NCBI GenBank assembly: GCA_026770705.1
Contig: JANJGN010000005.1
Span: 76,012,001 to 76,076,000 of the forward strand
Direction of reading: 5' to 3'
Origin: Isurus oxyrinchus
Taxonomy: Eukaryota
DNA length: 64,000 nucleotides
A program made the translations under genes and the position numbers. Below the pieces are notes generated by a model. That model had not been told where the DNA came from. It made no database searches and saw nothing but the letters and a program-made list of their open reading frames with translations. How positions within the stretch are numbered: position 1 is the first letter of the stretch; the number at the start of each line of letters is the position of its first letter. Below, in pieces: positions 1 to 13,560 of the stretch.

Positions 1-1120
1 ACCTTGAGAGCATGCACTTCATTCTTTTTTGTGGTTTTATTCCTGTCAGGTACTCACAACTGGCATTTCCTAGCAACTGTAATGTTAAGTCAGTCCTCTG
101 ATTAAAGAGGACTTTTTGTTTTTATCTCTGATTAAAGAGTTTGTTTTAGGTCAGTTCCAACAGTATTTTGCAATGCCTTCGATTTATTCCTCTAATTATG
201 AATGCAAAAGTTTGTTGCTATTGCATCAGACTGGACCAAAAGTTAACTAATTGAGTTTGGGTTAGTGAAAATTGTTTCCTGATGCTGCTAAATGAAATAA
301 GTGGAAAGATTCCATTTGCTGACACACAAGAGCATGTATTTCCTTATACATCAGCAATAATCATTTTATATAGAACAAGTGAAGTGAGAAAGCTACACAC
401 ATCTTACTGTTTCAACTAGCTTTTATGGCCTGATATTTTTGCTCTAGACAATTGTTCACTAATTCTGTGTTGCCTTAAAGTGATATTTCTTCAACATTAA
501 AGTGTTTAGAAACGTTTTTTGTTGGTTTGGGGAGGGAAAATATGATTTCATCACTGCATGATGTGATTGTATACAATTGGAAACTGGTTTTTCAAGCATT
601 TTGCATGAAGATGGTAGTTTGGTAGTTTCAAGGTTATTGTGTGCTCTTAAATACATTGATATTATCAAACACTGTCTTCATGTACTTGAAATGCGAATAA
701 GGGTGCTAATTTTCTCAATTGTTTAGATTCTTACAATAATCAGTAAACATGATTTTAAAACACCCAAATGTTTCAACATGCAGAAAAATGAAGCATGGCC
801 ATTTGTAGGCAATAGTATTGATCACTTAATAATTCAGGTAAACAAATGCTGAAACCCCAAAAACATTTTTACAGATGAGCTAATTATGTTCCATTTCCCT
901 GTCATGCTGCAGCCCCAGGAAGAACAGCAACTATAGGACCCATTAGTGAAAGCAGGCTTTCTGCTGACAGACATTTAAATCCCTCTGACTTCCTTGGCAA
1001 AGTTCACCACATCCCCTTCTGAATTAAAAGATTTCCTAACTCCTCCAACAGCACTCAAGACAGTACTTCCATTTACTCTGCAGCAACAAAATCATCTGAA
1101 GGTACCATGTTGAGATCGAT

Positions 1121-1820
1121 GGGAAAAATTCTCCCTCCGTTGGGGGGGGGGGGGGAGGTGGGGTTGTGCAGGGGTGGGCAGGGGCAGGTGTAAATGCGAT
1201 CGGTGCCCCCAATTGGGTGCACGCCATCATTTTACGTGGGAGGGCCAATTAAGGCCTGCCCTGCATGATGCATATCCAGAAGTGCTGAGCGCTCCCTGGG
1301 CAGGTGAGGTGGATGTCCTGAGTCAGGGTCTGCACTCTTCAGTGCATGCGTGCAAAAGAGCGCAGAAATCTCCCTGAGGCACGGAGATCAGTTTAAGTTC
1401 TGGAATATTTAATAAAGGTGAAAAATTTTTTAAGGACATGTCCCCTCATGTGAAACTGTCACACGTTCTGGGACATGTCCATTAACTTTTTCAAAGATTT
1501 TTATTTAAATAATAAATCCTTCATGAAACCTCATCCCGCCCGTGGATGAGGTTTCATGAAAAGTGCAAAGGCCGCATGGGCTTCTCACCTGCCCTCCAAC
1601 CTTAAGGTTGGATGGGCAGCATTCTTAACAACTTTAATTACTTTGTTAATGGCCTCAATTGGCCTTTGACAGTTCAGCGCGGCTGCGCACCTGCTGAACT
1701 GATAATCTAAATTATGTGTGGTGACATCAGGACACCTGCCCGACATCACCGCGCATTATTTTACACGTTGGTGAGCAGGCCCTGGCCCTGCCCCTGCTCG
1801 CCAATAGGAAAATTCTTCCC
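1121..1820. mobile_element. Non-autonomous Harbinger-type MITE (~700 bp)
   Basis: Imperfect terminal inverted repeats GGGAAAAATTCTCC (1121) and GGAAAATTCTTCCC (ends 1820). Termini resemble the Harbinger TIRs at 26422/31156. GC-rich interior, no credible ORF. Confidence 0.65.
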
Positions 1821-2799
1821 TATAAATAGCACTAGTGGCAAAATTTGGCAAGCAACATCCCCATCTCTAATACTAACTAATCCACAAACTCAACTTACAT
1901 ATTTATTCATGCTTAAGATACCAGATTCAAGTTAAAACTACTCAACCAGGGTACATGAATGGTTACTCACTCCACAATTAGATAGTTTGTCCATGCACTG
2001 ATAAATATTCAGTTAAAACTCCACGGTAGCTTATCTTTATGTAAAGAAGTACATGTTCCTTTTATAAATTATGCAGTAACAGGTAGTAGTTTCTAATGGA
2101 AATACAACAGCAATAAGATGATGCTAGGAATATAATCTTGTAGAAACAAGCTAATCTCTTCCGTGATTTCACCAATCTTACTCTTCATGGATTTCATCTT
2201 ACACAATTAAAAACTGCGACAAATACAAGTTCACATACCTTTTCGATCCTAGAGTATATAAGTTGTATGCGGGTTCCTTATATGGTAAGAGATATAAATA
2301 AGGTTGATGTGATCCAAAGACATGCTACATGATTCTGCACTAATCAGTGTGGGAAATACATCAGTGTTACATCCTTGATCAAAGATTTGGAATAGGAATT
2401 GGCAAAGGAAGGAGAAAAATCAACTGACCATGTTCTACAAAATATGGAATAGACTACTGGGAATTGGCAGGAAAAAGTACCGGGTGCCCTCCTGCAATGA
2501 CAAAACACAAGGTAGCCAACAGAACTTGAGTATTTCTGAAAAAAGAGACATGCATTTTATCCTGCACTCATCAGGACAGATAAAGGAATGCCAACTTTCA
2601 AAGGGAACAACAATTTATACTGCATGAGAAGAGGGATCCCTTCAAATGAATATATGTAGCTTCTAGCAAGTGTACATGAGCTACAATGAGCCTGACTGAT
2701 AATCTTAAATTAGTTAAATCAGCCATGTAGTTGCAGGTTCAACTATGTCTTCTGTGAGCAGCACACTTACTAACATTTTCGTCGATTTCCATGAGAAAC

Positions 2800-3950
2800 A
2801 TGTTTTTGATGAAATGGCCCTTAACTTCCTACTCGTTGCATATTTCCAATAGGTAGATGACACATTTGATATATTTGAATATGCAGCTGCATTTAAGAAT
2901 TTCCTTGCGCACCTTAATGGGTTTCTATGCTCAAATTCACTTTTGAGATAGAGAAGTCTAACCAGCTCCCTTTCCTTGATAGGCTAGTTGAGGAAACACT
3001 AATGGGTTCTCTGTTATTGTCTATCATAAGCCTACCTTGGTCAATATATGCATTGGGATTCCTACAGCTCCACATGCTACAAGAGTGGCCTTATTAGCAA
3101 TTTCATAAATAAGGCATGAGCCATTTGCTCACCGTGCAAGCTTGACACCGAAATAAGGTGTATCAAGTCTATCCTGCAGGATAATGGCTACCCCAATCAT
3201 ATCATTGCTCACTCTATATTGTATATACTCATGACTGGGTCTAAGGACACAACTTTAGGATGTGAAAAGTGCCCAGTCTACATCAAATTATTCTGGAAGG
3301 ATAAAATATCTCACATATTTGAACAACAGATTGAGATAACCATTTCACGGTGCTGCTAACAGGATGTTGCCATCAAGCCAAAATTACATTCTACCACACA
3401 AATGAGTAATATGGTATATGAATTTCAGTGAGGTGTGATGCCAGGTATGTAGGCCAAACATCCCAATGACTGGATGTTAGTAGTAAACAGCACATTCCTT
3501 TGGCTGTCACAATAGGCAGAGCACTGACCATAATCAACAAACCCATGTTTGTAAAGCTTGGACCATAAAGTCTAACAATAGGTGTGATTCTGTGATTGAG
3601 TAACATTTGCTGAATAATCCTGAGTGTACTAAGAATTATATTAACAGCCAGTTTAAGAGTATCAGTTGGGCTTGCAATGTAGCTCAGCTATGCTTGCTAG
3701 AGCTACATATATTCATATGTAGGGACCTGTCCTCTGCAGGCAAAAGGAATTTGGCCAGACATTGCAAAAGCATGGGAGACAATAACCCCCTGGGGTGTTC
3801 ATCATGGCAGCATCTCGACCAATCAGACCTGACTTGCCAACCAATCAGCGCCTCTTTTCTCGTGTAGTGTAAATTGATGTTCCCTTTGAAACTTAGCATT
3901 CTGACATTTGTCCTGATGAGTGCAGGATGAAATGCATGTTTCTTTTTTCA
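2800..3950 (+). mobile_element. Decayed Penelope-like element (RT C-terminus, GIY-YIG region, hammerhead remnant)
   Basis: Frameshifted RT-like stretch (~2850-3200) and YVGQT-like GIY-YIG motif (~3446). A CTGATGA...GAAA hammerhead-core remnant sits at 3913-3932, at the 3' end. Confidence 0.6.
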
Positions 3951-5429
3951 GCAAAACTACAAATTCCATTTGTTTCCAAGACAGTGTATCAACAACCCTT
4001 CTTCCCAAGGACAATCCCACAATGGAACAAGCTGCCAAAGAAAATAGTCACTTGAAATCTTCAACACCAATCTTTAAATTATTTCCATTTATAAGTTTTC
4101 ATTATCATGACTGCCATTTCAGCTGTTCGTGTCTGGTTCAGCTAGCACTACCTATGTAAATGTTAGCAGAATATGGATATTAGTTTGTGATGCTGATTCA
4201 ACTAAAGCCGAAGCAGAAACATAATATGGAGAGTATGTACATTGAAAATAAGCTTGTCTAAATTGATGTCAGTCTGACATTTCTATTATTTCAAATCTTA
4301 CAATGGGAATTAAATCAGACATATTTTGTCCAGCTCCTTAAAAGTACTGTGCTGGAAAATTATGCACATGTAGCTAATGTCTTTAAATTCATGAAATGGT
4401 AAAATCAATTTAAATTCTAAATTCATTGACCCTTTTGAAACCACAGAATCACAGAATTGTTACAGCACAGAAGGAGGGCATTTGGCCCATCATGTCTGCA
4501 CTGGCTCTTTGAACAATCAACTCACCTGGTTCCATTGTCCCGCCTTCTCCCCGTAACCAAAAGAAAATAATTAAAATAACCAAAACTGAAATCTACCAGA
4601 TACACCATCGAGCCTCACATCCACATGTCGAAGTGTATAAACACTTCTCTGAAATTAGAATTCAAGATCAACAGAGAAATATTTCATAATAGAACTTTTG
4701 TGGGCTCACAGCATTAGGCACAAGCAAAGCTGTAAGTGCAGAGGTGGTATTTGAAGTTTTGTTAGACTTGGATATGCTGTTCTCTGTTTATACGGAGCTG
4801 TGTAAATGTCTATGGAAAGAAAAAAATCAATATGGATTTTGCTGGACAAAATCAGTGGTAGGTAAAGATCACTGAACAAAAAGAAAATCAAAGGCTTGCA
4901 GCGACTTTCAGTATTTTTGAATGTCTCAGCAGTTGTGTATTTGTCTGCCCTGCTGTTGTCTGATCATGCCCACACAGTTGCTGTTCCAATTACTTTTACC
5001 TGAAAGCTTCCTAAAAGTGGAGCCACAAACATGCTGTGCAAGACAATTCTAAATTTGTAGCTAAGAGAAGTAAATAAATTTGATGCAGTGTTCACATCCC
5101 TAATGGTTTTGACAGCAAGTCTGAAAACAATGTTTTTGTTGTTTTTTGTCTTGTTTGGTGATTGTTAGAAAGAAGTAGAATACACATAAATAGCTGTGTA
5201 AAACTGGTAGAAGTGAACATGGGCTACTGTTTTTTTCTGTATTGATACAAGCAATGCTTCCCCGAAAAGATGGCTTGATGGAAATTAGCAGACAAGCTCA
5301 GCTAATAAGGCCTTGTTAAAAACAACTTAAGAACCTCCTATAGAATTACCCAAATACAAGCAAAATGTGAGTCAGATAATGATAGTTAGATTAGACAATG
5401 AGAATAGCTTGAAGTCATTACGTATAATA

Positions 5430-5870
5430 TCAATGTCATGCCATGGATAGTATGAATATGGTGTGCAGTTCGAATGCAACAGGTATTGTGATTGTGATAA
5501 GTAACAAGAATATGATAGATAGTGTAAATGTGATAAGTAATGTGAGTACGATGTAAGGCTTCAGTGTGTTAGGTGCCATGGTTGTGATTCGTGGTGTGAA
5601 AGTGCTGAAGGTGTAAATATGATCAGTAGGGTAAATATGATGGGTCGTGTGAATGAGATGAGTAGTTTGAACATGATTAATATAAATGTCATGAGTAATG
5701 TGAATGTGATGAATTCTGTCACTGGCTTAAGTTGTATGAATACGATGAATAGTTTGAATATGGTTAGGATGATTTTACTCAGTAATGTGAATGTGATAAA
5801 TGGTGTGAATTTGATGAGTAGGCTCAATGTGATTATGTGAATGTGACAAGTAGCGTAAAACATCATAAAT
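5430..5870. repeat. Degenerate ~18-bp minisatellite (GTGAATGTGATGAGTAAT-like)
   Basis: Recurring GTGAATGTGAT(G/A)AGT motifs. They produce spurious Met/Asn-rich (+) and His/Ile-rich (-) ORFs. Confidence 0.7.
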
Positions 5871-6477
5871 AATTGGGCCTCAACCAAAGTGCTGACTCCA
5901 TACCATATATTTTGTTAAATAGGAAAATTGAACTCATAGCACATTATTCATGCACATCAGACACAGAAGTGTGTTCAAGAGCCTACAATTGTGGAAGCTT
6001 TTCAATTTTGAATGCAAATTATATTGATACCATAAAAATGCAATAAAAGAAACAGGAAATGCAGTGTAGTTCTTAGTGAAGTTGCTTTTTAAAAAGTGCT
6101 CAGAAAATTGCAATGAGAGGCCAGAAAAATGACTTTGTTTTTAGGTTTGTGTAAAAATCTCATGGCAATTTCAAGAGAGCCTCTGAACATGCACAATTGC
6201 AGGAAACTCACACATTGATCTCTATAGCTTGGAACAGGGCAGGTTTCATGGCTAGAAATTCATTTGGGTAGAAGTGTCGATGGACATAAAAAATCTAGAA
6301 GATTTAGACATATTGTAATTATGTGCATGACTCATTTCTGGCCAAAATTCTGTGATCTTTTTGGCTACCTAAATTTCCCATTTACTCATATTTCTGGTAC
6401 AAATATAAAGAAAATTCAAGGCCAATGAGCAGCAGGTCTGTGATTAATAGAATGGGTGTGATGAAAAGTTTCAATGT

Positions 6478-6830
6478 AAGAACATAAGAAATAGGAGCAG
6501 CAGTAAGCCCATCGAGCCTGCTCTGCTATTCAATAAGATCATACGAGATATTTTCCCTCAACTCCAGCTTCCTGCAATATCCTCAAATTCCCTAATTCCG
6601 TAGTACCCAAAAATCTGTCAGTCTTTATCTTGGATATAATCAATAACCAAGCATCCACAGCCCTCTGGCTTAGAGAACACAATATTCCAGATATGGTCTG
6701 AACAAGGGCCTGTAGAATTGCAGTAAGACCTCTTGCTCTTAAAGTTCAATCCCTTTGTATGAGGTCTAACATACCATTTATTTTCTTAATTGCTTGCTAT
6801 ACCTTCTTGTTAGCTTTCTGTGATATTAAT
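6478..6830 (-). mobile_element. CR1 LINE 3' fragment (antisense)
   Basis: Begins AAGAACATAAGAAATAGGAGCAG, the reverse complement of a CR1 3' tail, followed by decayed ORF2 C-terminal sequence. Confidence 0.6.
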
Positions 6831-6859
6831 GCCTTTGTTGAAGGATCTATTGGCTTCAT

Positions 6860-8450
6860 TGTAGCCAACTTTGCTGATGATACAAAGATAGGTAGGAAAA
6901 CAAGTTGTGATATAAAGAGCCTGCAAAGGGATATAGATAGGTTAAGCAAGTGGGAAAAAAATAGCAGAAGGAACATAATATGGGAAAATGTGGGATTGTC
7001 CACTTTTTCAGGAAGAATAGAAAAGCAGAATATTATTTCAATGGAGGGAGACTGCAGAATGCTGTGGTACAGAGGGATCTGGTTGTCCTTGTACATGAAT
7101 TACAAAAAGTTAGCATGCAGATACAGCAAGTAATTAGGAAGGCAGATGGAAGTTGGTCTTTATTGCAAGAGCAACGGAGTATAAAAATAGGGAAGACTTG
7201 CTGCAGTTGTGCAGAGTATTGGAGAGATCATATCTGGAGTACTGCGTACAGTTTTGGTCTCCTTACTGAATGAGGGATATACTTTCATTGGACGAAGTTC
7301 AGCGAAGTTTCCTGGGCTAATCGCTGAGATGAAGGTGTTTGTCTTATGAGGAAAGGTTGAGCAAGTTGGACCTTTATTCATTGGAGTTTAGAAGGATGAC
7401 AGGTAATCTCATTGAAGGATCTAAGAATCTGAGGGGGCTTGGCAGGGTAGATGCTCGAAGGATGGGCTGGAATTTACATGCCCACTGGCCACATTTTCAG
7501 CAAGGGATGAAATTGGCAGCCCACCTGCCCATATGTAAATAAATAATTAGAGGCCAGTTTGGCTTGCTAACAAGCCTATTGATCTGAATAACATGCTGCC
7601 CAACCCAGAACATAGTTGGTGTGGGCAGTCGGATGGGATTGAGCAGGCCAATTTTAAAGGCCTACATGAGAAATGACGGGAAGGAAGGATGGGCACTACA
7701 TTTGGGGGGGTGCCCTCCGTGAATCGGGGGCATTACCCCCTCCCCTCCTTCTGCCCCACCTGCTCGAGAGAACCCAGTTCCCTACACTCCCCCTGCCCCC
7801 TTCCTGGATTCTGGGAAATGTCTCTACCCTAAAACCCCAGAACCGCTTGAGGCAGTCATGATCTTCCTCAGGCCTTCTTCCTGCTATCCCTGCAGTACCC
7901 ACTACTCAACCCTGGTGCTGCCATCAATCACATTGGCTGGCAGCTCCCAAGTGTGAAACTTCCTCCCGAGTGAGGATGCAAGGCCACTGTCCACCAATTT
8001 AGCTCTCTGGCAGCGTGTTTTGGCTGTTGGGTGGGCTGACATGGAGTGGATCAGCTTCTGGCTGACTTTACTTCGCGGGAGGTCGAATAGTCTGCCCCCT
8101 ATAAAATGCAGGCTGATGTTTCCTCTCATGGGGGAATCTAGAAGTAGGGGGCACAAATTAGAAATAAGGAGTTTTCCATTTAAGATAAGATGAAGAGGAA
8201 TTTCTTTTCTCACATGGTACTTAGTCTTTATAAGACTCTTCTATAGAGAATAGTGGAGGCTGGGTCATTGAATATCACCAAGGCTGAGTTAGACAGATTG
8301 TTGATTGAGAAGGGAGTCAAGGGTAATGGGGAACAGGGAGGGAAGTGGAGTCAAGACCACAATCAGATCAGCCATGATCTTATTGAATGGTGGAGCAGGC
8401 CTGATGGGCCAAATGGCCTACTTCTGCCCCTTTCACTTTTAATCTTATGA
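6860..8450 (+). mobile_element. CR1 LINE 3' part, interrupted by a MITE
   Basis: FADDTKIG RT motif (~6870), LQRDIDRL, and SYEERLSKLDLYSLEFRR. 3' UTR ends ~8450. Confidence 0.85.
7464..8098. mobile_element. Harbinger-type MITE inserted in CR1
   Basis: Interrupts CR1 ORF2 between DARRM and MFPLMG. Starts GGGCTGGAATTT and ends with TCTGCCCC-like degenerate TIR. Confidence 0.5.
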
Positions 8451-8559
8451 GTTGTGTACAATGACACCCAGGTCCCTCTCAATACTAACATTTTCCAGTC
8501 GCTTGCTAGCTTACTCTCATGTTCTCTTTTTCCTGTTCTTTATCAATTTCTTGATGATT

Positions 8560-9125
8560 ATCTCTATGATTATGATGACCGTAATGAGTAATGTGAATGT
8601 GATGAATATAAGTAAATATATGTAGCATAAACGTTATGAGAAGTTTGAATACAATTATCAATTTGATAATTACTGCGACAGCAATGAATAATGTTACTAT
8701 GATGAGTACTCTGATTCTTTGAATGTAATGAGTCGTTTGAATGCAATTAGTATCAATTTGATGAAGTGTGTGAATGTGTTGATTATGTGTTGAGTAGTGT
8801 GAATTTGGCAAGCAGCGTGAATGTGTCAGTGCATGTGGCAAACAAAGTAATTGTGATGAATAGTGTCAATATGACAATAGTTTGAATATGATTAAGTGAA
8901 TTTGATGAGTAAGTGAATATGATGAATTATGTGAATGTGATGAGTCATCTGATTGTGAATAACAGTGTGAAAGTAATTAATTGTGCAACTGCGATGAGTA
9001 ATATCAATGTAATGTGCAGTTTGAATGTAATAAATAACGTGAAAGATGAGTAAAGTGAATATATTGAGTGGCATGAATGTGATGACTTGAGTTAATGTGA
9101 TTGATGATGGGAATGAACGCATCAT
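8560..9125. repeat. Second block of the degenerate ~18-bp minisatellite
   Basis: Same GTGAATGTGATGAGT motif family as 5430-5870. A third remnant lies at ~20780-20820. Confidence 0.7.
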
Positions 9126-9960
9126 AAATAATTCAATAATTAGTAAATTCAACTTGCTGATAAAATTTAAATATTTGTAAGTCTGGGTTATATTGAACTA
9201 ACAGTGCAAAAATTCTGAAGTTTAATTATCTTGAAATGAAAATGACACAAAATGTAAACTCAACTTTTCATCTCAAGTAATCCAATATTTTAAAGCTGAC
9301 TTCCACTACTATGACAGAGATGTTAAAAGTTGTTAACGGAGCCTTTACTGGGACATTTGGATACTGTACAGAAAAACAGAGAAGCTGGTAAGTTATTTTC
9401 CATCAAATGCCATATGCAAAGTAGCAAAGAATGAAGTGCACAAGGAGTGGAAGATCTCTTTGTAAACAATTAGAATGTTTCTTTGCCTTCCACTTATGTA
9501 TTTTGGCCATTCAGTATTTGGTGTGATAGTAGTGGGGAAAAGGTATTTATTGCTTTATTGCTTATGTGTGATTAAATAAAGCTGAATATATTCTTGACAA
9601 GTTGCTAGCTAATGCTGACAGTAATTAAATTCTATTCTGTATAACTAGGGGCTATATGCATAATTAGTTTGAAATTGCACTTTAGAGAGGATTATATTAC
9701 TTACATATTAATTTTCCATAATAATAGCATGAATCTTTCTGTGGACCATATTTTGGAAAGTTATTAATTGTATTAGTATTCCAGATGGTACATGAAATAA
9801 CTGGAAATATATTTCTTTTTGGATCTATTCCAGATGTAGCTGGACCGTAGTGAAATAAATGTGCTAACAGTTTAGGGAGATATCAAGAAGCATGTCACAG
9901 CATGAATAAGTAATTAAAACTGGGCTGTTGGGGCCTCCCCTAATTTCTGCTCAGGTTTTG

Positions 9961-10600
9961 GACATAGGAACAGGAATAGGCCATTCACCCCTTTGAGCAA
10001 TTCAGCCGTTCATTTAGATCATGGCTTATCAGTAAACAAACTCCATATACCCATCTTTACCTCATATCCCTTAATACATATGGATAACACAAATCTAGCA
10101 ATCTCAGATTTCAAATTAACAATTGATCTAGCAATTGATGATGGGAATGAACGCATCATTGATTTCTCCCACCCTTTGTGTGTAGTAGTGTTTTCTAATT
10201 TCACTCCTGAAATGCCTGGCTTAATCTTTTGACCATGCCCCCTAGCCCTAGACTCTCCAACCAGTGGAACTAGTTTCCCTCTAACCAACCCATCAGTTCC
10301 CCTTAATATCTTGAAAACTTTGATGAAATCGCCCCTTAACCATTTAAATTCCAGGGGATACAACCCTCATTTATGTAACCTCTTCTCATAATTTAACCCT
10401 TGAAATCCAGGTTGCAATCTGATACATGGAAGCTGGACTCCCCCCAAGGCCAATACATCATTCTTAAGGTGTGATGCCCAAAACTGCCTGCTATAATGTA
10501 GGTGCGGTCCTAATAATGCTTTACATAGCTGAAGCATGACTTCCACCTATCTGTTTTCTAGTTCTCCCAATGTAAAGGCCAGCATTCCATTAGCCTTTTG
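9961..10600 (-). mobile_element. CR1 LINE 3' fragment
   Basis: Minus-strand ORF YPLEFKWLRGDFIKVFKILRG...GESRARGH is typical of the CR1 ORF2 C-terminus. Confidence 0.8.
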
Positions 10601-10834
10601 ATTATGTTGCGTCACATTTTAGTGATCTACACACGTGGAGCCCCCTGGTCCCTGGGGGGATATTGGTGTCCAGATCATTGTAGAGGCACTGGAATCTCCT
10701 GGATGGAACCATGGCTTGCAAGACCCTGGAATTACCTGTTCCAATATTTTTTGATTGTTTATCATCCTACAAGGAAAACTGGGGGAACTGAATGCAGAAA
10801 TGTAGGTTACCGAGGTGCTTTTCACCAATTCAAT

Positions 10835-13560
10835 GTGTGGAATCATCCCAGAGTTGCACTAAGTGCAGTAGTGGGAAGTTAAAATGATGTTTTACCCTCC
10901 GGCCGTAATGGTAGCTTTTCATGCCGTATCGTTCCGAACACGCCACATTAATTATGCATTTCCAGGAAACACGCCATTTCCATGGTGGGTGGGCTCTCAT
11001 TCACCCACCGGTCATCACCTCACCGATTCAGCACACCAAGTGTGAGCACACACATCTCAGTGCTTCCAGCCCATGACTGCAGCAAAGAAGACATGACCCT
11101 GAAAGGCAAAATGATTGGAACCCCCAGGTTCAATTATGTGTCCCTCGAGCACCTTTTGGACACAGTGGAGGCCTATGGTGATGTCCTCTACCCTCATTCT
11201 AGCCACAGGATGGGCAGCAACCTCAATAATTTGGCTTGGGAGGCGGTGGTAGTGGTGGTCCGAGCCAAGGCCCTGCAAAAGAGGACAGTCACCCAGTGCC
11301 GCAAGAGGATGAATGATCTCCTCCATTCTGCCAGGGTAAATCACTCTTTCATCACTTTCACCTCACACACTCATAAAACCATCACACATCCACAGGGCCC
11401 TCACTTACTGTTGGTTCAAGGGGCATCACCACATATTCATTTTCCTCATCCTGTCCATTGGACCACTCACCACCCACACATGCCAGGCATACTTATCATC
11501 TGGGCTAGTAGGTGTCCTTTTCACACCCTCCCTTTCTCTATTCATGCAGGACATGCTGGCACACAACAACAGGGAGAGATCACAGACCGGTGGAGAAATG
11601 CCTGAATTCAAGGTCCTCACGGACCTGGAAAACAGAGCCATCCAGCTGGCCAGCAAGGATCTGGACCATTCCTGTGCTAACGGTGAGGTTGACGGTGCTC
11701 TACCAAGTGAGGATCTAGCAGGGCAACATCCATTAGACAACCATGCTGTGAGTGATGTGCCCTCTTTTACAGGCCATTGCCATGCACTAATTATCTCCCC
11801 TTGCTTTTGCAGGCATGTCTGAGAAACAACTGATAGAGTCCCAGCACCTCCAATCAAATCTCAAAGAAAACTCTGAAGAGGAATCTGGAGAAACACTCCT
11901 TAAAGTCCCATTACAGCGCTCAGCCACACCCTCCACCAGCACAGAGACATACACCTCAGTGGGACCTAGCTTTAGAGTAGCCTCGGGATCACAATCTGGT
12001 GAGTACATCACACTGTCTGATCCACAGCAGATGGTGGCAGGGACTTCCCAGGTATCCGGCATTTGGAGGACTGCTGGAGACCAGAAATTTGCTGAGTCCG
12101 AGTTAGATGATGAGCTTCTGGATTCAGTCATGTCACAGTTGCTGGAGCTGCAAAGGCAAGCTAGGGAACATCAGGAAGGGATGTCCGCTGCACTCCTCAG
12201 ATTTCAAGGCACGATGGAGGAGTCCGTTCGCCTTCAGGCTGTAGTGATAGCGCCAGCATGCCAACACACCGAGGTCAACACTGATAGGATGGCAGCCGCC
12301 ATGGAGACCTTCGTCCAGGATGTCACTCCTGCACTGCTGTGCTGGCTCAATTCCATCGCTGGCCATTGTTTACCACCAACAGTGTGTACGTGAGAGAGGT
12401 GCGGGGCAGTTCAATCTCACTCCAGTTACCCATTCTCCTCAAGAAGTCAGCCAGGGACCCTTCAGCACCCATAATGAGGAGGATCAACAGGTGTACCACC
12501 TGGGGCTATCCACCCTGGTTACTCTGGGAGTGTTTGGCTCATCCGAATACCCTCTTCCTGTAATCCCAGCAGCTCCAGCTCCACAGGCCGAGAAGGGTGC
12601 CACTGCCACAAAGCAGGTCCCTGAAAGCAGGCTGGGGCCCTCTAGGCCTCAGCCCTCCAGAGGACTTCCACCAAGGTCATCACAGACAGGGCGTAGCAGT
12701 TAGCAGACTGCCCCACCTCCGCTGTGGATGGCTGGGGAATACCAAGATGTAGCAGCAGGGTTAGGAAAGTTAAGAAGATATATTTGTACAGCCTGGGCAT
12801 GTGTCTTAATCACTTGTACATATTGTTCACTATTGTCAATCAACTCCCAAGAATGTCTCCCTGCCTATGGCTCCTTGTTCTCAGAGCAGTGTTCATGTCA
12901 CTCAGATGTGAAACCTTTCTGCACAAGATAAAGGTAGGTGTCTCAGTCCAGGGCCTCTTCCTTGTGGTTTGTATAGCCTTCAGACTAAAGTGATGGTCTG
13001 GCCTCTCACTTTCTGGACACATTACTGATGCCTGCATCTGTGAAACCTGCCAGAATGGAGTGGTCAGGCGTCAAAAGGTGCCATCATTCTCTCTGTGTGC
13101 TCACAGCACATTTAAGCTGGGCTGGCCCCCATTTCTTCAGCATCTGTGACCAGTGACTCTGCTCCTAAGTGCGTCAGGTGCTGAAGGCGGACAAAGAATC
13201 ATATATTTTTAAAGTTTCATGATTTGACCCTGATCATAGAGCTCAAGTGAGCTGCCATGGTCAGACAGGAGTCTGACATCCTCAGAGGCTATGTGAAGAT
13301 CTGTGGAGTGTCCTCAGTGCATGTCGTCATCATCCTCCTGCAATTGAGCGACTTTTAGGGCCTTCACTGCGTCTCCATGACAGGTGCCTTATCACAAAGG
13401 GTAAGTGCGTTGCTATAAGCCAGACTAGAGTCATGCGTTCATCGATGCAATGTTAGGATCTATGGTGTCTCCCCACTGCATGTCATCCTCATCCTCCACA
13501 AAACTAGCAGCTATGAGGGCCTCCCGAGCACACCTGTCTCATCTGGCCAGTGTCACGGCC
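10835..13560 (+). mobile_element. PIF/Harbinger element, left part (Myb/SANT gene kept, transposase mostly lost)
   Basis: Left end 10835-11040 aligns by eye with 56273-56470, and 12735-13560 aligns with 56482-57330. Contains the Myb/SANT gene. Confidence 0.75.
11093..12703 (+). pseudogene. Harbinger Myb/SANT (MSANTD-like) DNA-binding gene, 3 exons, one frameshift
   Basis: Trihelix motifs PRF...LLDTVE...AWEAV...KRTVTQCRKRMNDL. In-phase GT-AG introns at 11336-11549 (phase 0) and 11707-11812 (phase 1). Frame shifts near 12360, and the alternate frame runs to 12703. Confidence 0.7.

Noticed and set aside
1143-1190. Functional G-quadruplex
   Set aside because: The G-run is part of a MITE subterminal region, with no evidence of function.
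5561-5887. His/Ile-rich or Met/Asn-rich protein genes (also 8506-9152)
   Set aside because: Products of a low-complexity 18-bp repeat, with frequent stops and no splice or start context.
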